Assembly: GCA_965223345.1 (NCBI GenBank)
Contig: CBDCWG010000012.1
Location: 672,001-736,000, forward strand
Source of the DNA: Nitrospinales bacterium
Lineage (GTDB): Bacteria > Nitrospinota > Nitrospinia > Nitrospinales > VA-1
Direction: 5' to 3'
Length of the DNA: 64,000 nucleotides
The first letter of the stretch is position 1, and the number at the start of each line of letters is the position of its first letter. Both the position numbers and the translations under genes were made by a program. Shown here piece by piece: positions 20,054 through 29,872 of this stretch. Below the pieces are notes generated by a model that saw only the letters and a program-made list of their open reading frames with translations, was not told the DNA's origin and ran no database searches.

Positions 20054-20659
20054 TTGTTCGTGAAACGACCTTCAGCGGTTAAAGAACTTGTCGAAGAATT
20101 GAAGCGGTTGCCGGGTATCGGGCAGAAAACGGCGGAGCGGCTGGCCTTTTTCCTGCTGCGCAGCCCGAAGGAGATGACGGCGCGGCTGGCGCGGGCGATT
20201 CAGAACGTACAGGAAAAAATCCGCTTGTGTTCGGTGTGCCACGGGATCACGGAAAAGGATCCCTGTGAAATCTGCAGCGATCCGAACCGCGACGCCTCGC
20301 GCATCCTCGTGGTGGAGGAGCCGCACGATGTTTATATCTTTGAAAGTGTCGGCCGCTACCACGGCGTGTACCACGTGCTGATGGGGGTGATCTCCCCGCT
20401 GGACGGGGTCGGCCCTGCGGATTTGACGATCGAGTCGCTCAGGAAGAAAGTGCAGACCGGCAAGGTTCAGGAAGTGATCCTTGCGGCCAACCCCGACATG
20501 GAGGGGGAATCGACGTCGGTGTTCATTGCAAAAATGCTGAAACCGCTTTCGGTGCGGGTGACCCGGATCGCACGCGGGCTTCCCATCGGATCGGACATCG
20601 AATACGCGGATTCGGTGACCCTGTTGAAATCACTGGAAGGACGGACGGAAATCCTGTAA
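20054..20659 (+). CDS. recR: Recombination protein RecR
   Basis: LPGIGQKTAERLA HhH motif, C4 zinc finger, TOPRIM (VVEEP), RIARGLPIG. Confidence 0.98.
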   Translation: MFVKRPSAVKELVEELKRLPGIGQKTAERLAFFLLRSPKEMTARLARAIQNVQEKIRLCSVCHGITEKDPCEICSDPNRDASRILVVEEPHDVYIFESVGRYHGVYHVLMGVISPLDGVGPADLTIESLRKKVQTGKVQEVILAANPDMEGESTSVFIAKMLKPLSVRVTRIARGLPIGSDIEYADSVTLLKSLEGRTEIL

Positions 20660-20848
20660 ACTGCCCTTTCCAAATCCCGCAACTGTGTGGTACAAATAGG
20701 CAACTTGTCGGATCGGTGGGCCGGATGGATGTTGCGGTTTCCCTCCGCGCGACGCCCCCGATTTGTTAGAGGACACCCGACGTTCTTCAATGCCAGGTTT
20801 TAAGGGGGTTGAGGGGCGAGAGAAAATCCCAGTTTAAATTCCAACCAT

Positions 20849-20923
20849 TCCGGAGTGGCGCAATGGTAGCGCAAGCGGCTGTTAACCGCTGTGTTACAGG
20901 TTCGAGTCCTGTCTCCGGAGCCA
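20849..20923 (+). tRNA. tRNA-Asn (anticodon GTT)
   Basis: TCCGGAG/CTCCGGA acceptor stem, GCGG-CTGTTAA-CCGC anticodon arm, CCA end. Confidence 0.97.
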
Positions 20924-20929
20924 GTCCAG

Positions 20930-20963
20930 CAGGGGCTCGGCCGGTCACCGGCTGAGCCCTTTT
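20930..20963 (+). terminator. Intrinsic terminator after tRNA-Asn
   Basis: GGGCTCGGCCGG-TCA-CCGGCTGAGCCC followed by TTTT. Confidence 0.85.
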
Positions 20964-21134
20964 GTATTTGAGCGATTTGGACTGTTAAGACTGGATGAAT
21001 GATAAAACAGATGCTGTAAATGCATTGGCCGACCCCCTAGGGGGTCGGCTTTCTTTTTTGGGGATTTTTATCGTGTTCTTTAAAAGGCCGGGGAATGGGC
21101 CGGGCAGGCAAGGGTATGCGGCAAAATCGCAACG

Positions 21135-21662
21135 CTAAAAAGCGCCCCAGTCCTGCTTTCCGGGAATGTAATGACTCGGGGTGATGTAGCGAAACATGTT
21201 GGCGAACCTGCGGGCCTGGGCCACTTTGTCCTGACTGGCCTGTTTCATTTGCATCAGTTCGTTGTCGAACACTTCGGAAAAATAGGCTTTGGCGGCTTGC
21301 TTGCGTTCTTCTTCGGTTTTGAACTGGCTGCGGATCTGGAACAGCTCGCCCGCATCGAGCCAGATTCCGCCGCATTGGGGGCATTCGTCGATCTCCACAT
21401 GGCGCTTGATGCTGACGAAATGGCGTGACAGGACGATGTCCGCACATTTCGGGCAATTGTGGCGCGCCTCTTGATCGACGGAAGCGCCGTGCTCGGTTTC
21501 GATGCCGCACAGCACCTCTCCCGCGGATTCGTGCGGCTCGTCAAACTTTTTGAATTCGTAATTGTCAAACCAGATTCCGCCGCATCCTTCCAGGCAGACG
21601 TCGAGAGTGACGCCGTCGGCTTCCATTTCCTTGAGCGGGCGGGTGCATGCAGGGCAATTCAT
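21135..21662 (-). CDS. Tandem zf-TFIIB zinc-ribbon domain protein
   Basis: Two repeats of CPxC...(V/I)DxC..CGGIW(F/L)D..E; ATG at 21662 with AGGAGGAG RBS. Confidence 0.85.
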   Translation of the reverse strand: MNCPACTRPLKEMEADGVTLDVCLEGCGGIWFDNYEFKKFDEPHESAGEVLCGIETEHGASVDQEARHNCPKCADIVLSRHFVSIKRHVEIDECPQCGGIWLDAGELFQIRSQFKTEEERKQAAKAYFSEVFDNELMQMKQASQDKVAQARRFANMFRYITPSHYIPGKQDWGAF

Positions 21663-22027
21663 CGTGTCTCCTCCTCCTGTTCCGGTCGTGGTGAAAAATC
21701 CCCAAAATGCTTGTTTTTGGCCCAGTGCGGGCCTACTTATAAGATAAATCAAACCCGCTTCATTGTAAATAATTGATTTAAAAAGACTTTCTTGCTGGAT
21801 AAGCGGCGGTTTCCCGGTTGTTTTCAATCCTGCAGGCCGTCAAAGGCGATGTGGAAACGCTGGACGGGATGTGGAGAAATAAAAAGCGATCCCTGTCGGG
21901 GCGGGACGATCGTCGCCCCTTCGGGGATGCTTTTTTTGCGTGGCTTGAGGAGAAATTTTCTCTCCCTTCTCACATCACCGGCAAGACATCTTCGTACCAG
22001 AGAGTGGAAAGACCGAGAACGCTGGAT

Positions 22028-22636
22028 TTACCAGAGCAGGCCGTGACCCAGGGCTCCGCGGCTCAGGGCGTTCAAGCCGCCGACCACCGCACCGATGGCG
22101 GCGCCGTCACCCGGACTGCCCACCACCGCACCGATCGCGGCTCCCGCGGCGGCGCCGATGGCTCCACCCAGCAGGGTGTCGCCAACCACATAATCGCTAT
22201 AACCACCATAACCTCGATCGTAGTAATACGAGGGTGCGGAATACACCACGGGCGGGTTCACGTACACCGGAGTGCGTTGGACGTATTGCCGCACCGGATA
22301 TTTGATCGGCGGCGGCCCGTAGCGGTAATCCCACTCGTCGTACTGGGTTGCGTGGCCAAGGGTTCCGCTGTTTGCCGCACGTCCCTGGGGGATGCAGTGT
22401 TTGTGAATCCGTTCGCTGATCAGACCGTCGGGGCCGTATTCCCGGTAGGTGTGCTCGCAAACGTGAGTGCCTTGAGGACAGGGTGCGGTCGAAGAGGACA
22501 CGGTCTCCGCGCCGCCGATCAGGTAGCCTCCGTCGTAGGTCACGACATGGCGGTTTTGTGCTTCGGCAGCCGGGTTGAAGGCCAGCGTGGCGATCCAGAC
22601 TAGAGCGATGACCGACAGCCATTGAATGTTTCTCAT
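22028..22636 (-). CDS. Secreted protein with C-terminal glycine-zipper domain
   Basis: Signal peptide (AEA cleavage), Tyr/Pro-rich middle, GGAIGAAAGAAIGAVVGSPGDGAAIGAVVGGL; GGAGG RBS. Confidence 0.85.
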   Translation of the reverse strand: MRNIQWLSVIALVWIATLAFNPAAEAQNRHVVTYDGGYLIGGAETVSSSTAPCPQGTHVCEHTYREYGPDGLISERIHKHCIPQGRAANSGTLGHATQYDEWDYRYGPPPIKYPVRQYVQRTPVYVNPPVVYSAPSYYYDRGYGGYSDYVVGDTLLGGAIGAAAGAAIGAVVGSPGDGAAIGAVVGGLNALSRGALGHGLLW

Positions 22637-22914
22637 GACAGCACCTCCATAGGCTCGTGCCGCAATCGTTAGCAGATTCTCAGTCCACTTAGAATATAAT
22701 CCGGACGGTAGTTATGTCAATTTTATGCATAAAACTTTGCTTATTTTCGGATGCCGGTGAGAAAAAGTGAGGATGGGGCAGATGGCTGGGTCTTGAGATA
22801 GGGAGGACCCCCTCCCCGGAGGTTGGGGAGGGGGCGGCAATCAGCGTCTATCCATCTGAAGGGGAATGGATGGACGGAACTCCAGTACCCGAGGGTGTGG
22901 CTGCCTGTGGATGA

Positions 22915-23484
22915 TCACCACAGGAGGCCATGACCCAAGAGGCTGCGGCTGGCGCCGCTCAATCCACCGATGACCGCACCGATCGCGGCTCCGTCACCCG
23001 GGCTGCCCACCACCGCACCGATGGCGGCTCCCGCGGCGGCTCCAAATGCGCCCCCGACCAGGGTTCCGGAAACCGGATCATGGCTCGGACCGTAGTTCTG
23101 ACCGTACTGCGGCGCCGGAGCAACGTGTTGCGGGGCGGTGTATACCGGCCTTGGGGTCTGGTAGATCGTCACGTGTTTTTCATAGTGACGGCTGGGCTCG
23201 TAGTGGTGCCCGTGTTTGTAATGATGATGGTGATGATGGTGGTGGTGCCGATGATGCCGGCGCCACTTTTTGTGCCGATGCCCGTAGTCGTCGTGACTTC
23301 TGTAGGTTCGGGTGACGATCTCCACTTCCTGCGGGTAGGAGTCGTAACTGCGGGTCACGGTTTTTACGGTTTCCGTATGCGTGTAGCCGTGCGAACTGCC
23401 CCGGTACCGGTCGTGGGCCAGCGCCGCGCTGCTCATCACCAACACCAGAATCGAACTGTATGCGAGAATTTTTATCCATTTCAT
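22915..23484 (-). CDS. Secreted His-rich protein with C-terminal glycine zipper (paralog of 22028-22636)
   Basis: Signal peptide (ALA cleavage), poly-His tract, near-identical Gly-zipper C-terminus ending LGHGLLW; GGAGG RBS. Confidence 0.85.
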   Translation of the reverse strand: MKWIKILAYSSILVLVMSSAALAHDRYRGSSHGYTHTETVKTVTRSYDSYPQEVEIVTRTYRSHDDYGHRHKKWRRHHRHHHHHHHHHYKHGHHYEPSRHYEKHVTIYQTPRPVYTAPQHVAPAPQYGQNYGPSHDPVSGTLVGGAFGAAAGAAIGAVVGSPGDGAAIGAVIGGLSGASRSLLGHGLLW

Positions 23485-23551
23485 GACCTTACCTCCGTCG
23501 AAACATTGAATGCCTCCCATTCAACCGACTACAACTAGCATTACTTTTGTG

Positions 23552-23580
23552 AGTATAATTAACCATACTTTTGATGTCAA
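23552..23580 (-). promoter_or_regulatory. Sigma70 promoter
   Basis: Minus strand TTGACA-N17-TATACT upstream of the His-rich Gly-zipper gene. Confidence 0.75.
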
Positions 23581-23911
23581 ATATTTTTTTAGTTTTATGG
23601 TCAGAAGTAGGTATTTCGTTGCCGAATCGGACTTTTTTTTCTCAACCCCTGCATTATCAGCTAACTCAGACCCGCTTTCCTTCCGCAAAGAGTTAAAGTG
23701 TTACCTGAAGACACGCGGATTCGCATGATTTTTTACCTGTTTGAGCTGCAAACCGAGTATAAATCCGTTGTAATCCGTTAAAATTGGTGGTAAAAAACGC
23801 CGCGGGTAGTGTCAAACGTTCATCGAACGATCCAAAACAGCAAGCGCACGGCCCCAATCCCTCAATCCCCCCGGGACTCCTGATCGACCATTCACATTTC
23901 ATTCTGTCGAG

Positions 23912-24982
23912 GTGATCATGCCGGTGAAAAATCAGGCGCAGCAGATTCGCTCATTTCTCCTTCAAGGCATCCCGCAGCATCCCCGCAATATCGTGGCTCT
24001 CGCATCGAAAGAATTCTCCGTCAGCCGCACCACCGTGCACCGGCATCTGAACCGTCTGGAACGGGACGGGAAAATCATCAAAACCGGGACCACGAAACAG
24101 GCGGCGTATTTCCTGAAAACCAGCCTGGACAAGACGCTGATATTCAAAACCGACTGCAACGCTTCCGGCAAGGAAATCTGGGAGGAATACCTGGCTGCGG
24201 ATTTTTCACGCTTGAAACCGCATCAGGCGGAAATCTGTGCGTTCGGATTCGGGCAGATGTTCGACAACGCCCGGGCCCATTCGGGCAGCCAGGGGATCGT
24301 GGTGAAAACCGTGTGGAAGGAAAGCTCGGTGGAACTGATCGTCATCGACGACGGCGTGGGCATCTTCGAGAAAATCCGATCCGTCCAGAGCGTTGCGGAT
24401 CTTCGCGAATGCGTTTTGCTTTTGGCGCACGGGGCCCTCTCAACGGACCCGGAAAAGCAGCGCGGTGAGGGTCTCCTGGTCACGTCGAGAGCGTTCGACA
24501 TGTTCGGCATTCTGGCGAACGGGTTGTTCTATTTTAAAGACAATCGCAACGACGACTGGTTTCTGGAAACCAAGAAAAAGGCCAAGACCAAAGGGACGCG
24601 TGTGTCGATGGCGCTGTATTTCGATTCGGTGCGTTCACTGGATGCGCTGCTCCCGTATGCCGCCGGAGCGCCTTCCGGCCTGCAGGACAGGGAGGCGGCG
24701 GAGGTTCGGATCGCGCTCGGCCGCTTCGAGGAAGAGCCCTATGTCTCGCGGGTGCAGGCGCAGCGGCTGCTTAAGGGCCTGGAGCGGTTCCGGCGGGTGA
24801 CCCTGGATTTCAGCGGCATCGCCACGGTGGGGCAGGCGTTCGTGGACGAGGTGTTCCGGGTGTACGCTGCGGAAAACCCGGACATGCAACTCGACGTGAT
24901 CCATGCCAACGACGACGTGCGGTTCATGATTCAGCACGGCGCACCGCAAGCGGAAGAGGCGGGAGGCGTGTGGGAAGCGTGA
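23912..24982 (+). CDS. HTH + HATPase-like + STAS-like (DUF4325) domain protein
   Basis: N-terminal VSRTTVHRHLNRLERDG wHTH; FDNARAHS and IDDGVGIF ATPase boxes; C-terminal SRVQAQRLL...LDFSGIATVGQAFVDEVFRV. Confidence 0.8.
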   Translation: MIMPVKNQAQQIRSFLLQGIPQHPRNIVALASKEFSVSRTTVHRHLNRLERDGKIIKTGTTKQAAYFLKTSLDKTLIFKTDCNASGKEIWEEYLAADFSRLKPHQAEICAFGFGQMFDNARAHSGSQGIVVKTVWKESSVELIVIDDGVGIFEKIRSVQSVADLRECVLLLAHGALSTDPEKQRGEGLLVTSRAFDMFGILANGLFYFKDNRNDDWFLETKKKAKTKGTRVSMALYFDSVRSLDALLPYAAGAPSGLQDREAAEVRIALGRFEEEPYVSRVQAQRLLKGLERFRRVTLDFSGIATVGQAFVDEVFRVYAAENPDMQLDVIHANDDVRFMIQHGAPQAEEAGGVWEA

Positions 24983-25707
24983 GGCTCCGGCACGATTCCG
25001 TCAAACCGGAGATCCGCATTGCGCCTGTTTTGCTCGGCGCCTGCTGGCTGTTTGCGGCTCCGGTTTTTGGCGACACCCTGCAGGGGGAAGTGCGGCAGGT
25101 GGCGAGCGGCGATACGTTCACGATCGAAACGGCAGACGGGGGATTTTACAAAATCCGCCTGCGGGACGTCGATGCGCCGGAGCTTTCGCAGACGTTCGGC
25201 AAGCAGGCGCGCGCGTTCACCGAAAGCCGGGTGGGCGGAAAAACGGTCACGGTGCATGTTTCCCTGGTGGACCGGTTTCAACGCCGGATCGGCACGGTAA
25301 GCTTGCCGGACGGCACGCTGCTCAACGAGGAACTCGTGCGCCTGGGTTACGCCTGGCACTACCCCGCCCTGCAGCCGGTGAGCGGGGTGCTTTCCGGGCT
25401 GGAACGGGAGGCGCGGCAGAACCGGCTCGGGCTGTGGGTGGACGATGCAGCGGTTCCTCCCTGGATCTACCGCAGGGAAAGCGCCTATCCGGCTCCGCCG
25501 CAGGAGCCCAAGCACATGGACTACGATCGCTATTTCGAATACGGTTTGATCGGCAATCCCGACACCCGGATCTACTTGTGGCCGGCGTGTGGGGGGTACC
25601 CCGATCACCGTGACGGGTGGGTGCGTTTTGGCAGTCTGGCCACTGCGGAGGGCAGGGGGTACAAACGGGCCGCAAACTGCCCCCGGCCGGATGGGGATTT
25701 GAGCTGA
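24970..25707 (+). CDS. Thermonuclease (SNase) family protein with C-terminal Ada-like metal-binding segment
   Basis: SGDTF, IRLRDVDAPE, DRFQRRIG, NEELVRLGYAW and EREARQNRLGLW motifs; signal peptide. Confidence 0.88.
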   Translation: MGSVRLRHDSVKPEIRIAPVLLGACWLFAAPVFGDTLQGEVRQVASGDTFTIETADGGFYKIRLRDVDAPELSQTFGKQARAFTESRVGGKTVTVHVSLVDRFQRRIGTVSLPDGTLLNEELVRLGYAWHYPALQPVSGVLSGLEREARQNRLGLWVDDAAVPPWIYRRESAYPAPPQEPKHMDYDRYFEYGLIGNPDTRIYLWPACGGYPDHRDGWVRFGSLATAEGRGYKRAANCPRPDGDLS

Positions 25708-25898
25708 TCGACCCCGGTTGAGAGCCGTGCTGCTAGCCAGGGCAAAAGGCTTGGGAATCGGCCATTTTCGGCATATTTTATTGATTTTTAAGGGGTAGCG
25801 CTGTTAAAATTTAATGAGGCTGTGAATCGTCCGGCTGAGTTTCACGCCGGTTTTTCGCGAAAAAACCCTTTCCATCCCCAATAGCGGATGCGTTTTCG

Positions 25899-26279
25899 AT
25901 GAAGACTCTTTTTTTCAAGCGAGGGGAGAAGATCATCTCCGAAGGGATGTCGAGCGACTGCGCGTACATCATCGAATCGGGCAGCGTGGAGGTTACCAAA
26001 CGCGATCCCAGTGGAGAACGCAAGGTGCTCAGCACCTTGAAGGAAAACGATATCTTCGGAGAAATGGGGCTGATCGACGGCCTGCCCCGCTCCTGTTCGG
26101 TGGTCGCTCTCGAGGACAGTTCCATCACGGTGCTCACCCAGGAAGCCTTCAACTCCCTGGCCGACCACAAGCCGCAAGCGCTCATGCCGATTTTAAAGGT
26201 TCTGGCCGCCCGCCTGCGTTCCACGCTCAAAATCGTCGAAGACCTGCAGGACAACGGCAAATCCGCCTCCTTTCGATAG
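25899..26279 (+). CDS. Stand-alone cyclic nucleotide-binding domain protein
   Basis: YIIESGSVEV and FGEMGLIDGLPRSCSVVA phosphate-binding cassette; no HTH. Confidence 0.9.
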   Translation: MKTLFFKRGEKIISEGMSSDCAYIIESGSVEVTKRDPSGERKVLSTLKENDIFGEMGLIDGLPRSCSVVALEDSSITVLTQEAFNSLADHKPQALMPILKVLAARLRSTLKIVEDLQDNGKSASFR

Positions 26280-26400
26280 ACCGCATCATCCTCAGCCGCA
26301 GCGATTGAAATCGGGTTCCGCCAAGGCACCGGGAAACCGGTTGCGCCCTTCCCTTTCCGTGGTGTAAAGTCGATCAGGATGACGATTCCTACACAAAGGT

Positions 26401-27696
26401 GTGCCTGTGGCTCCTGAATTGCTGGCTCCCGCCGGGAGTCCTGAAAAACTCGATTACGCGTTCGCCTATGGCGCGGATGCGGTGTACGCGGGGATCCCCA
26501 AATTTTCCCTGCGCGCCAAGGAAAACCGCTTTCGCGACGATTCACTGAAAGAGGCGATCGCAACCACACACCGGCTGGGCAAGAAAATCTACATCACCGC
26601 GAACATTCTGCCGCCGAACCGCAAGGTGGACTCGTTCAAAAAATCCCTGGCCTATTACGCCGAAGCAGGAGCGGATGCTTTCATCATGTCCGATCCGGGG
26701 CTGATCCAGTTCGTGCTGAAAGAATTTCCGCATGTGCCGGTGCACCTTTCGGTGCAGACCAACACGATCAACTGGTCCTCGGTGCAGTTCTGGCACGATC
26801 TGGGCGTGCGGCGCGTCATTTTATCGCGGGAGCTGTCGCTGGAAGAGATCCGCGAGATCCACGAGCGGGTCCCGGGGATGGAGCTGGAAGCGTTCGTGCA
26901 CGGCGCGATCTGCATCGCCTATTCGGGGCGCTGCCTGCTTTCCAATTACTTCAATCACCGGGACGCCAATCAGGGCACCTGCACCAACAGCTGCCGCTGG
27001 GAGTACAACGTCTACCAGGAAAACCCGGACGCGCAACTGGGTGCGAGGAAGGTACTGGACGGGGATTTCTTTCTGGAAGAGGCGCAACGGCCCGGGGAAC
27101 TCATGCCGGTGGATGAGGACGAGCACGGCACCTACATCATGAACTCCAAGGATTTGCGCGCCATCGAGTATCTGCGGGAACTCAAAGAGGCGGGCGTCGT
27201 CTCCTTCAAGATCGAGGGGCGATCGAAATCCGAATACTATCTTTCGCGGATCACAAAATCCTATCGCCAGGCTCTCAACGATTTGATCGAGGCGCGGCCT
27301 TTCAACCCCCAGCTTCTCGAGGAAGTGCAAAAAACCGCCAACCGCGGGTTCACTTCGGCGTTTCTGGTGTCCAATGCCAACCGGGAGACCGAGCGCTTCG
27401 ACTCACCGCAGGAAGAAAACCTGCCGCAGGTGTACGCCGGGAAGGTCGTGGACGTGCGCGGCGACGGGATGGTGCAAGTGGACGTGAAGAACCGGATCGA
27501 GCTGGGCGATGAACTGGAATGCCTCTCACCCAAAAACCAGTACCGGTTCAAGATTGGCGCGATGGAGGATTCGGCGGGAGCGCCGATTTCGGTGGCTCAC
27601 GGCGGCAACGGTTTGGTGTGGATCGCCGGTGAGGGGCCGGTGGAACCCTATGCCCTGCTGAGCCTGGTGAAAAAGCCGGTGGTCTCTCCCGCCTAG
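26401..27696 (+). CDS. U32 family protein (TrhP/YegQ-like, tRNA hydroxylation)
   Basis: PELLAPAG, GADAVYAG, HGAICIAYSGRCLLS, NQGTCTNSCRWEY and FKIEGR motifs. Confidence 0.92.
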   Translation: MPVAPELLAPAGSPEKLDYAFAYGADAVYAGIPKFSLRAKENRFRDDSLKEAIATTHRLGKKIYITANILPPNRKVDSFKKSLAYYAEAGADAFIMSDPGLIQFVLKEFPHVPVHLSVQTNTINWSSVQFWHDLGVRRVILSRELSLEEIREIHERVPGMELEAFVHGAICIAYSGRCLLSNYFNHRDANQGTCTNSCRWEYNVYQENPDAQLGARKVLDGDFFLEEAQRPGELMPVDEDEHGTYIMNSKDLRAIEYLRELKEAGVVSFKIEGRSKSEYYLSRITKSYRQALNDLIEARPFNPQLLEEVQKTANRGFTSAFLVSNANRETERFDSPQEENLPQVYAGKVVDVRGDGMVQVDVKNRIELGDELECLSPKNQYRFKIGAMEDSAGAPISVAHGGNGLVWIAGEGPVEPYALLSLVKKPVVSPA

Positions 27697-27710
27697 CTCG
27701 AGCGGTCGCA

Positions 27711-27908
27711 TCACTTGCGGTTGTTTTCCTTTTCGTTTTTTTTGGTGGATTCGACCCAGGCGATGGCGGCGTAAATCGCCAGGATCAGCAGAACGCTGAC
27801 CCACCCCGCAGGGGATTCGATTCTGTAGTCAAAGATATCGCGGGCCAGGGTTCCGTCGATGATCAGAGCCACTGCCACGAGGATGAAAAGAAACGCCAGT
27901 TTTTTCAA
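27711..27908 (-). CDS. Small two-TM membrane protein
   Basis: 65 aa with two hydrophobic helices and a charged tail; TTG start with AAGGTGG RBS. Confidence 0.55.
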   Translation of the reverse strand: MKKLAFLFILVAVALIIDGTLARDIFDYRIESPAGWVSVLLILAIYAAIAWVESTKKNEKENNRK

Positions 27909-28123
27909 AATCCACCTTATTCCTGCAAGTGTGTTCCGGATAGCTGTCTGAAGGAGGCGGCGCTCACACCGCCCGGCCGGAACTCCGGCATGAATTCGTT
28001 TGTTCCCGTATTCGGTCTCAAATATAATACTTTTTTGGCCCCACTTTCCATATACACGTCACGCGGGCCGGGCCATTTTCAACCGATCGCGCTGCCACCA
28101 GAGGCGACTCGGGAAAGGATGCA

Positions 28124-29128
28124 ATGGCGTTACCCATCAAGCAGGCATTGAAAATCGGATTCTATATTTTCCGGCAAAAACTCAAGGGGCGCAAACGCTT
28201 TCCTCTGGTGCTCATGCTGGAGCCGCTGTTCCGCTGCAATCTGGAATGCATCGGCTGCGGAAAAATCCAGAAACCCAACGAGATCCTGAAACAGAACCTG
28301 AGCCCCGAAGACTGTCTCGCGGCCGCGGAAGAATGCGGCGCGCCGGTGGTTTCCATCGCCGGCGGCGAACCGCTGATGCATCCCCAGATCGGTGAAATCG
28401 TGGAGGGGCTTCTGGCCCAGGGACGGTACGTCTACCTTTGCACCAATGCCCTGCTCCTCGATGATTTTCTCGGTAAGCTGCCGGTCTCCCCGCTGCTGAC
28501 CCTGTCCATCCATCTCGACGGGCTGGAAGAGGATCACGACCACATAGTCGCGCAAAAGGGCACGTTCAAGGTGGCGGTGGAGGCGATTCGCAAAGCCAAG
28601 TCGATGGGATATCGGGTCAACAGCGCAACGACATTTTTCGATGGCATCACCGTCGAGAAAGCCGAGAAGTTTCTCGATTTCGTGAACCCGCTTGGCGTGG
28701 ACGGAGTGACGCTGGCCTCGGCGTTCCAATATCCGGATGCGCCCGATCAGGAACACTTCTTCGGCCGGAAGAAGACGTTCGAGTTTTTCGACGAACTGTT
28801 GCAGAAAAACAAGAACGGCCGGTGGAACATCAACCATTCTCCGTTCTACCTGGAGTTTTTGCAGGGCAAACGCGATTACAACTGCACACCCTGGGGCAAC
28901 CCGAACTACTCGGTGCTGGGGTGGCAGAAACCGTGTTACTTGCTCGATGACGGCTATGCGGAAACGTTCGAGGAATTGATGGAGACCACGGAGTGGGAGA
29001 AATACGGACACCGCAACAATCCCAAATGCGCGGATTGCACCGCCCATTGCGGTTACGAAGCCACGGCGGTGGAAGACGCCACCGCGAACCTGAAAAACAT
29101 GGTTCAATCCGCAAGAGCTGTTTTTTAA
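28124..29128 (+). CDS. hpnH: Adenosyl-hopene transferase, radical SAM
   Basis: RFPLVLMLEPLFRCNLECIGCGKI (CxxxCxxC), CTPWGNP, GWQKPCYLL and CADCTAHCGYE motifs. Confidence 0.93.
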   Translation: MALPIKQALKIGFYIFRQKLKGRKRFPLVLMLEPLFRCNLECIGCGKIQKPNEILKQNLSPEDCLAAAEECGAPVVSIAGGEPLMHPQIGEIVEGLLAQGRYVYLCTNALLLDDFLGKLPVSPLLTLSIHLDGLEEDHDHIVAQKGTFKVAVEAIRKAKSMGYRVNSATTFFDGITVEKAEKFLDFVNPLGVDGVTLASAFQYPDAPDQEHFFGRKKTFEFFDELLQKNKNGRWNINHSPFYLEFLQGKRDYNCTPWGNPNYSVLGWQKPCYLLDDGYAETFEELMETTEWEKYGHRNNPKCADCTAHCGYEATAVEDATANLKNMVQSARAVF

Positions 29129-29175
29129 TTTATCCGATTCGCCGCAGTCCTGCTTGCTATTTCCTCAGACAGATA

Positions 29176-29817
29176 TCAATTGATACCCCGTCCGCCCCCG
29201 GTGAAGTTGGTGCTGAAATCACTGGCCGCTCCGGAAGCCGCATTGGAATCCTCTGCATCACCGATGAATTCCATCGCAAAACCCGTGCTGCTTGAGGAAA
29301 TAAAGACCACACCCCACATCGAAAGTTGGCTCAGATTGTCGTACTTTCGAATGCCACCCACCGTTGTGGGCGTTCCCGGAGCTTCGTTGATTCCTACAAT
29401 CCGCACATTTCCGAACTGAGCAGAATCGACCGTGGTGATGAGATGCGTCCTTGAATCTGTAAAAGCCGGATTGGATGAATTGATGGTTGCGTGTGACTGG
29501 TTCACCACGAATATTCTGTGGGTTTCGCCTGAATCGACGGTGACGGTGACCGATCGTCCTGCGGCATTGTTGGGAACGGTGGTCATGTCCAACACTTCAA
29601 AGACCAACCCAATCTGTGACAGTGAGGTTGAAAGGGAAGGGTGGCTGATTCCGATGAAGGTATAACTGTCATTGGGTACCGATTGCACGTAAGGAGAGAC
29701 GGCGAGGCGTGCGTTATCAGACGTATCCGGAGCGGATAAAATTTGGGCCTGTGCTGTTAAAGCAAAAAAACTGAATCCCAGATAAAGAAAAAGGGATAGA
29801 TAGTATTTTTTATTCAT
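29176..29817 (-). CDS. Secreted Ser/Thr-rich protein of unknown family, paralog B2
   Basis: Signal peptide (AQA cleavage); 213 aa; shares SPY..Q, SY(T/S)FI.(I/V)(S/T)HPSL and WG.V.I....TGFAMEFIGD with three neighbours. Confidence 0.9.
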   Translation of the reverse strand: MNKKYYLSLFLYLGFSFFALTAQAQILSAPDTSDNARLAVSPYVQSVPNDSYTFIGISHPSLSTSLSQIGLVFEVLDMTTVPNNAAGRSVTVTVDSGETHRIFVVNQSHATINSSNPAFTDSRTHLITTVDSAQFGNVRIVGINEAPGTPTTVGGIRKYDNLSQLSMWGVVFISSSSTGFAMEFIGDAEDSNAASGAASDFSTNFTGGGRGIN

Positions 29818-29872
29818 CGGTCATTCTCCATGAGTATTTTATGGGCAACCTTTTTGTGACAACATTTACCGC

